From an uncultured Acidobacteriota bacterium (GTDB lineage Bacteria > Acidobacteriota > JAQAZP01): a stretch of DNA of 64,000 nucleotides. Numbering within the stretch: the stretch's first letter is position 1; the number at the start of each line of letters is the position of its first letter. Under the pieces are notes generated by a model, which did no database searches, was not told the DNA's origin, and saw only the letters and a list, made by a program, of their open reading frames with translations. The translations under genes and the position numbers were made by a program. The DNA lies in assembly GCA_963836075.1 (NCBI GenBank), contig CAWIIB010000001.1, positions 704,001 to 768,000 on the forward strand. Reading direction: 5' to 3'. Below, piece after piece: positions 58,668 through 64,000 of the stretch.

Positions 58668-59173
58668 ACAACAAAGGGCTGACCCACCTGGATGGCAAAG
58701 GCGAGGCGGCCATGGTGGACGTCAGCGGTAAACCGGTGTCGGATCGGTTCGCCCGGGCCTCCGCCCTGCTGCACACCACGCCCGAGGTGACCCTGGCCAT
58801 CACCGAGAACCAGGTGGCCAAGGGCAGCGTCACCGCCGCCGCCAGGCTGGCCGGCATCATGGCGGCCAAGAGAACGGCCGAACTGATCCCCCTCTGCCAC
58901 CCGCTGCCCCTGGACGTGGTGGAGGTGGACGTTTCCGCCGGACAGGGGCTGGTGAGCATCGAATCGAGGGTCCGGTGCAGCGGACGCACCGGTGCTGAAA
59001 TGGAGGCGCTCACCGCCGCCGCCGTAGCCGCGCTCACCGTCTACGACATGTGCAAGGCCCTGGACCGCACCATGGTGATCGGGCCGCTGCGGCTGGAGGA
59101 GAAGAGTGGTGGCGCATCCGGGCACTATTGCCGGGGCGGGCCGTCGCCGGATCTGCCGGCGCAGGAGGTGTGA
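58664..59173 (+). CDS. moaC: Cyclic pyranopterin monophosphate synthase MoaC
   Basis: LTHLD...MVDVSGK, LIPLCHPL, TGAEMEAL, YDMCKA, EKSGG. Confidence 0.96.
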   Translation: MNNKGLTHLDGKGEAAMVDVSGKPVSDRFARASALLHTTPEVTLAITENQVAKGSVTAAARLAGIMAAKRTAELIPLCHPLPLDVVEVDVSAGQGLVSIESRVRCSGRTGAEMEALTAAAVAALTVYDMCKALDRTMVIGPLRLEEKSGGASGHYCRGGPSPDLPAQEV

Positions 59174-59176
59174 CCG

Positions 59177-60118
59177 ATGACCTCCCTGGGTAGAATCAAG
59201 GCCGTCTGCACCAGCAGTTCCAAGGGCGGGGCCAAGCAGAGTGTCCCCCAGGCGCGGTTGCTGCGGGGGTTCGGCATCGAGGGCGACGGCCACGGCGGCA
59301 ACTGGCATCGCCAGCTCAGCCTGCTGGCCAGTGGCGGCATCGCCGAGATGGAGGCTGCCGGTCTTTCACTCTCACCGGGCGCCTTCGGCGAGAACCTGGT
59401 GATCGAGGCTCCGGACCTGGAGGGGCTGCAGGTGGGTCGCCGGCTGCGTCTGGGCCCCGAAGCGGTGATCCAGGTCACCCAGAAGGGTAAGGAGTGTCAC
59501 ACCCCCTGTGAAATCTTCCACACCGTGGGTGACTGCATCATGCCCCGGGAGGGTTTCTTTGCCGTGGTGCTGCGCTCGGGACCGCTTCACCCGGGTGATG
59601 AACTGCTGACCGATCCCGAGCTGGAGCAGCTTCGCTGGGCGGTGATCACGCTGAGCGACCGTGCCGCCGGGGGCAGCCGCGAAGACGGCTCCGGCCCGGT
59701 GGTGAAACGCCTGCTGGCCAGGGGCATCGGCGGTTTGGAGCTGCCGGGGAGTGTCCTGCCCGATGACCGGGAGCTGCTGGCGGATACGATCAGGGAGCTG
59801 GCTGACCACGCGGTGGCCGACCTGGTGGTGACCACCGGGGGCACCGGGATGTCGCCGCGGGACGTGACCCCGGAGGCGACGCGGGATGTCATCCACCGCG
59901 AGGTGCCGGGTCTGGCCGAAGAGATGAGGCGGGCCGGCCGGGAGGCCACGCCCCGGGCGGTGCTGTCCCGGGGCATCTGCGGCCTGCGGGGGTCGACCCT
60001 GGTGATCAACCTCTCCGGCAGTCCCAGGGCGGCCGCGGAACAGCTGGAAGCCATCCTGCCGGTGCTGCCCCATGCCCTGGAAGTGGCCACGGGCATCCCC
60101 CTGGACTGCGGGCGCTGA
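59177..60118 (+). CDS. mogA: MOSC domain / molybdopterin adenylyltransferase (MogA) fusion
   Basis: N-terminal MOSC (GIEGDGH, GAFGENL, GKECH...C...C); C-terminal TTGGTGMSPRDVTPEAT, SRGICG. Confidence 0.9.
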   Translation: MTSLGRIKAVCTSSSKGGAKQSVPQARLLRGFGIEGDGHGGNWHRQLSLLASGGIAEMEAAGLSLSPGAFGENLVIEAPDLEGLQVGRRLRLGPEAVIQVTQKGKECHTPCEIFHTVGDCIMPREGFFAVVLRSGPLHPGDELLTDPELEQLRWAVITLSDRAAGGSREDGSGPVVKRLLARGIGGLELPGSVLPDDRELLADTIRELADHAVADLVVTTGGTGMSPRDVTPEATRDVIHREVPGLAEEMRRAGREATPRAVLSRGICGLRGSTLVINLSGSPRAAAEQLEAILPVLPHALEVATGIPLDCGR

Positions 60119-60142
60119 CACTCCCTGTGATCGGTATTCACA

Positions 60143-61882
60143 CTATTCGTCAATGCCGTGCTGTTTCATCCGGCGCCAGAGGGTGGTGCGGCTGATCCCC
60201 AGCAACCGGGCCACTTCGCTGCGATTGCCGCGGTGGTTTCTGAGCAGCTCGATGATCCGCCGGCGTTCATCCGGGTATACCCCACCCATGGGGTCCATCT
60301 CCGCGGCGCCGGAGGCCGCGATCCCGGTGACCGGTCCCCGGATTTCAGCCGGCAGGTGCTCCCGCCTGATGCGGGTTTCCCCGCAACAGACAAAGGCGTA
60401 TTCGATCATGTTCTGCAGTTCCCGCACATTGCCCGGCCAGGAGTGCCTGGTGAGCAGGTGCAGGGCCTGCTGGGAAATCTCTTCGATGGGACGGCGATAC
60501 TTCTGGCGGAAGATCTCCATGAAGTGGTGGACCAGCAGGGGAATATCCTCGCGACGCTCACGCAGCGGTTCGAGGTGGATCGGGATAACGCAGAGGCGGT
60601 AGTAGATATCCTCGCGGAACCGCCCGGCAGCGATCTCCTGTTTCAGTTCCTTGTTGGTGGCCGCCAGTACCCGCACATCCACCTTGATCGTGCGGTGGCC
60701 GCCCACCCGCTGGAACTCTCTTTCCTGGAGCAGGCGGAGCAGTTTTGCCTGCAGGCCCAGCGACATGTCCCCCACCTCGTCGAGGAACACCGTTCCATGG
60801 TCGGCCGACTCGAAGATGCCCCGCTTCTCATGGACCGCCCCGGTGAAGGCGCCTTTTTCATGGCCGAACAGCTCGCTCTCCAGCAGGGTTTCGGTGAGCG
60901 CCGAACAGTTGATCTTGACGAAGGGACCCGATTTCCGCAGGCTGTTCTCCTGGATCGCCGAAGCGATGAGTTCCTTGCCGGTGCCGCTCTCGCCGGTGAT
61001 CAGCACCGTGGTGTCGGAAGCGCTGATGGTGTCCACCAGCCGGAACACCTCCTGCATCCTCGGGCTGCGGCTGACCATGCCGAAAAACTCGTAGCGCTTC
61101 GAGGCAGCCCGCTTCAGTTCGTAGTACTCGCTCACGTCGCGCAACACCCCCACCACCCGGGCATCGGGAGCGGCCTGGTCGCTGACCAGGAAGACGCTGT
61201 TCAACACATCGATGGCCCGGTCACCGGCGCCGAGGATCCGTTCGCGGTGGTCGATCACGTTGGTGCGGTTTTCCAGGGCCCAGCGGATGGGACAATCGGT
61301 GCTGCAGCTGGAGGAGCGGAGCACGGTGCAGCAATCACGGCCCAGCACATCCTCCCGGCGGCGGCCGAGCATCTCCAGGCACTTGTCGTTGACCGCAGTG
61401 AAACGCCGCTCATCGTCAACGGTAAAGACGCCGTCGGCGATCCCGGCGAGAATCGTGTCCTGGGTCTGCCGCTCCTGCTCCACCTGGCGATGGGCCGCCT
61501 CGGTGGCCTCGATATACTCGCCGAGGATGGCCATGTCCTTGTGTATTTCCACCGCCCCCACCGTCGCGCCATTTTCGTCGCGCAGCAGGCTGCAGCTGAT
61601 GCAGAGCGGGCCGACCTCCTGTTTTCGACAGTAGACGTTGTGTACCGAAAGTTCCTCTTCGCCGACATTCTCCAGGCCGGCCCGGAAGAGACAGGTCCCG
61701 TCGGTGCACACGTCTCCGTCCACCACCCGGCGGCACGGCTGTCCCAGGGCGTCCTCGGAGCTGATGCCGTAGAGCCGGCAGAAGGCGGGATTGACATAGG
61801 TGATCCGGCACTCCCTGTCGATCACCATCACACCGTCGGAAACAGCGTCGAGAACGCGGCTTTCTGGTTTTGGCGGGTTCAT
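60143..61882 (-). CDS. sigma54-dependent enhancer-binding protein (PAS-PAS-AAA+-Fis HTH)
   Basis: GESGTGKE, ESELFGHEKGAFTGA, FLDEVG, FREDIYYRL, WPGNVREL, LGISRTTLWRRM. Confidence 0.95.
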   Translation of the reverse strand: MNPPKPESRVLDAVSDGVMVIDRECRITYVNPAFCRLYGISSEDALGQPCRRVVDGDVCTDGTCLFRAGLENVGEEELSVHNVYCRKQEVGPLCISCSLLRDENGATVGAVEIHKDMAILGEYIEATEAAHRQVEQERQTQDTILAGIADGVFTVDDERRFTAVNDKCLEMLGRRREDVLGRDCCTVLRSSSCSTDCPIRWALENRTNVIDHRERILGAGDRAIDVLNSVFLVSDQAAPDARVVGVLRDVSEYYELKRAASKRYEFFGMVSRSPRMQEVFRLVDTISASDTTVLITGESGTGKELIASAIQENSLRKSGPFVKINCSALTETLLESELFGHEKGAFTGAVHEKRGIFESADHGTVFLDEVGDMSLGLQAKLLRLLQEREFQRVGGHRTIKVDVRVLAATNKELKQEIAAGRFREDIYYRLCVIPIHLEPLRERREDIPLLVHHFMEIFRQKYRRPIEEISQQALHLLTRHSWPGNVRELQNMIEYAFVCCGETRIRREHLPAEIRGPVTGIAASGAAEMDPMGGVYPDERRRIIELLRNHRGNRSEVARLLGISRTTLWRRMKQHGIDE

Positions 61883-61969
61883 CAGGTAACAGTTCACCCG
61901 GACCGGTTGCGGGCCGAAACCGGCGGGGAACCGGACGGCCGTGCCGCCCGCCCCCCGCCGTGCGGGTTG

Positions 61970-63454
61970 CTAGAAACGCACCTCGAGGGCGGCATAGATG
62001 TTGTCCACCTCATCGGGGAAGGCGTAAAAGAGCGTCGGGTTCTGAGACAGGTCAAAGTACTGCAGCGGTCCGGGGGCAATGTGCCAGCCGCTGAAGGCGG
62101 TATTGTAGTCGAAGTGCTGGTAACCCACCTTGAGCCAGATCCGCTTGTCGAACTGCCAGTTGAGATAGATGTCCCAGACATCACCCCGGGTGGCCAGTTT
62201 GTTCGACGGGTCGTCGGCCGCCGGGGTGTAGCTGAACCAGTTCTCGCTGCCGTGGTTGTATTCGACTCCCGCGCTCAGCTTTCTCGGAATGAAGCTGTAC
62301 TTCAGACCGAGGTAGTAGGCGTTGCCGCTCTCGCTCTCGCTGGGGTTGCCCAACAGACCGCCAAAGCCGTACTGCGACTGGTTGCCGTTGGGGTCGGACT
62401 TGTTCCAGGCAAACATGGCGAAATAGGTCAGATTGCCGGCGTCACCGGTGACGCCCGCACCAAAGAGATCCATGTCACCCAGGTTGGCAGTGGCGGTGAC
62501 ATTCTGCGGGTTGTTGTCGAAGGGGTTGGGGAAATTGGAGAGCGTGCTGTACGGAATGTCGGTGAGATTGGCAAGGTTCATGTAGTTGAGATAGAGCATT
62601 CCCTCGTCGCCCATGAAGGGCAGCGGGGTCTCGAAACAGCCGCCGAGCACGGTGGAATCGTCGAGGCTGCTCACCACGCCGTTGCCGAAGGGGGTGACCA
62701 CGTAACTCTGGGGCACGTTGCCGCCGCCGCCGAATCCGGACTCGTAACCCACGCCGTAACAGAGACGGAAGGTGGAGCCTTCGGGGAGGTGCATGAAGTC
62801 CAGTTTCGAACCGAGCATGAAGCCCTCGATCTCGGCGTCGATGATCAGCGCCGACGGTGTTCCCTGCCGGACCATCTCCTCCTTGATGTGCCGCGGCGGC
62901 CCGTCGGTGGCGGCCTGACGGCCGAGGGTCATGAAGATCGGGCTGTTCTTCCACTTGTAGGTGAAATAGGCCCGCTCCACCCGCAGGGCGTTGTCGGTGG
63001 GGATGCGGGTGGAGTTGAAGGAGTTGTGCAGGGAACTGGGCTGACCGTTGAAAATCGGGATCTCTGCTCCGCCGTACGCGCGATACATGTTCAGCCGGCC
63101 GTAAAAATGCAGGTTATCCGAGATGTCGGCGCCCATCTTCAGCCGCAGCCGCGAGGTGTAGATGGCGCTGTTTTTCCAGTTCTGGGCCTCGATCTGCTGT
63201 ACGCCCGGAGGCTGGGTGGTGGGGTCCACCACCTGCTGGTAGCGCGGGATGTTCCACTCAACGCTGTCCCAGCGGACACGGAAATCACCGCCGAAATAGA
63301 GCTTGTGCTTGGCCAGTTTGAGCTCGATGACATCAAGCCGTTCCTCGATGTCCTCGATGTCCTCCTCCTCCACTTCGGCGAACACCGCCGGGGCGGCCAG
63401 CAGGAAGAGCATCACGGCAGTAATTATAAGAGCGAATGGAAACAGTTTCCTCAT
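61970..63454 (-). CDS. DUF3373-like outer-membrane beta-barrel (porin)
   Basis: Signal peptide, short coiled coil, FGGDFRVR, RLRLKM, VERAYF, EYNHGSENWFSYT, KLATRG, terminal Phe (LEVRF). Confidence 0.8.
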   Translation of the reverse strand: MRKLFPFALIITAVMLFLLAAPAVFAEVEEEDIEDIEERLDVIELKLAKHKLYFGGDFRVRWDSVEWNIPRYQQVVDPTTQPPGVQQIEAQNWKNSAIYTSRLRLKMGADISDNLHFYGRLNMYRAYGGAEIPIFNGQPSSLHNSFNSTRIPTDNALRVERAYFTYKWKNSPIFMTLGRQAATDGPPRHIKEEMVRQGTPSALIIDAEIEGFMLGSKLDFMHLPEGSTFRLCYGVGYESGFGGGGNVPQSYVVTPFGNGVVSSLDDSTVLGGCFETPLPFMGDEGMLYLNYMNLANLTDIPYSTLSNFPNPFDNNPQNVTATANLGDMDLFGAGVTGDAGNLTYFAMFAWNKSDPNGNQSQYGFGGLLGNPSESESGNAYYLGLKYSFIPRKLSAGVEYNHGSENWFSYTPAADDPSNKLATRGDVWDIYLNWQFDKRIWLKVGYQHFDYNTAFSGWHIAPGPLQYFDLSQNPTLFYAFPDEVDNIYAALEVRF

Positions 63455-63480
63455 TCTTCTTCCCCCCTTGAAGAAAGGAA

Positions 63481-63816
63481 TTAGCCACAGGTCTCGGGCT
63501 GATCGGAATCGGCGGCATGGTTGACCAGGAAGGTCAGGATGTGGATCAGCTGATCCGCGGGCACCAGGTCCTCGAGCTTCTCGGTCTTGTTGTTATGGGT
63601 GCCCTTCTTGAAATACCGCTCCCACTGGGACATGGTTTTGGTGAGCGGGCTCACCTCTCCGCCCTCACCGTCCTTTACATGACAACTCTTGCATGACTCC
63701 TTGAACAGGGCCTTACCCTTCTTGTCATCCCCCTGGGCCTCGGCCATGATCAGGCTGGTTGACAGAAAGGCAGCGCAACAGAGCAAAGCCATGAACATCC
63801 AAACCGTTCTCCTCAT
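63481..63816 (-). CDS. Periplasmic monoheme cytochrome c
   Basis: Signal peptide; KGKALFKESCKSCH (CxxCH); C-terminal HAADSDQPETCG; SD AAGGAG. Confidence 0.9.
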   Translation of the reverse strand: MRRTVWMFMALLCCAAFLSTSLIMAEAQGDDKKGKALFKESCKSCHVKDGEGGEVSPLTKTMSQWERYFKKGTHNNKTEKLEDLVPADQLIHILTFLVNHAADSDQPETCG

Positions 63817-63896
63817 CGTGCTCTCCTTTTTGAATGATCAGATGAAACCGTTCGAGTCATCCAGTAACAAACATCCGTAAATTCGACAAACCAGTA

Positions 63897-63995
63897 TCCA
63901 AGAACTGTTCCACATTTGGTTCATTCGGTTAACTTCTTTTTTTTCAGTCAATAACAAATATTACATGAAACCTGACGTTTCATATGATTTGAAAC
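63897..63995 (-). promoter_or_regulatory. Candidate sigma54 promoter plus upstream palindromic activator sites
   Basis: TGGAACAGTTCTTGGA (63912-63897) resembles TGGCAC-N5-TTGC; palindromes ATGAAAC-N5-GTTTCAT (63965-63983) and GTTTCA-N7-TGAAAC (63977-63995). Confidence 0.5.
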
Positions 63996-64000
63996 AATAG

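Noticed and set aside
60158-63484. 1108-aa plus-strand ORF (similar long ORFs at 41998..44679, 20227..22104 and 626..1861)
   Set aside because: Antisense shadows of well-supported genes on the opposite strand, as expected in high-GC DNA; no family motifs.

Overview
GC-rich (roughly 65-70%) bacterial chromosomal window. The gene style (TonB-C protein, sulfatase-TPR, ASPIC/UnbV, very large NtrY-like kinase, PilZ) suggests a diderm, possibly Acidobacteriota; this is an inference. It holds about 50 CDS: housekeeping genes (mutS, tsaB, psd, pssA, CM-DAHP synthase, pfkA, UvrD/PcrA, DUF1998 helicase, FTCD), a cluster of secreted peptidases and hydrolases with modular C-terminal domains, a Moco/Wco biosynthesis operon behind a Moco-type riboswitch, and a sigma54-linked cytochrome c/DUF3373 porin module. 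I found no rRNA, tRNA, CRISPR or mobile element. The ORF track misses several items: a SelW/Rdx selenoprotein (CxxU plus SECIS), a large secreted protein running off the left edge, and a short peptide ORF that repeats the SDPNPWE motif from the C-terminus of its upstream secreted protein, just downstream of a TPR-only protein. That TPR/secreted protein/peptide cassette is the best candidate for an undescribed peptide-signalling system. The second-best candidate is a MetRS paralog that keeps the Met pocket but has lost HIGH, KMSKS and the anticodon-reading motif. Four genes carry frameshifts that are probably assembly indels.
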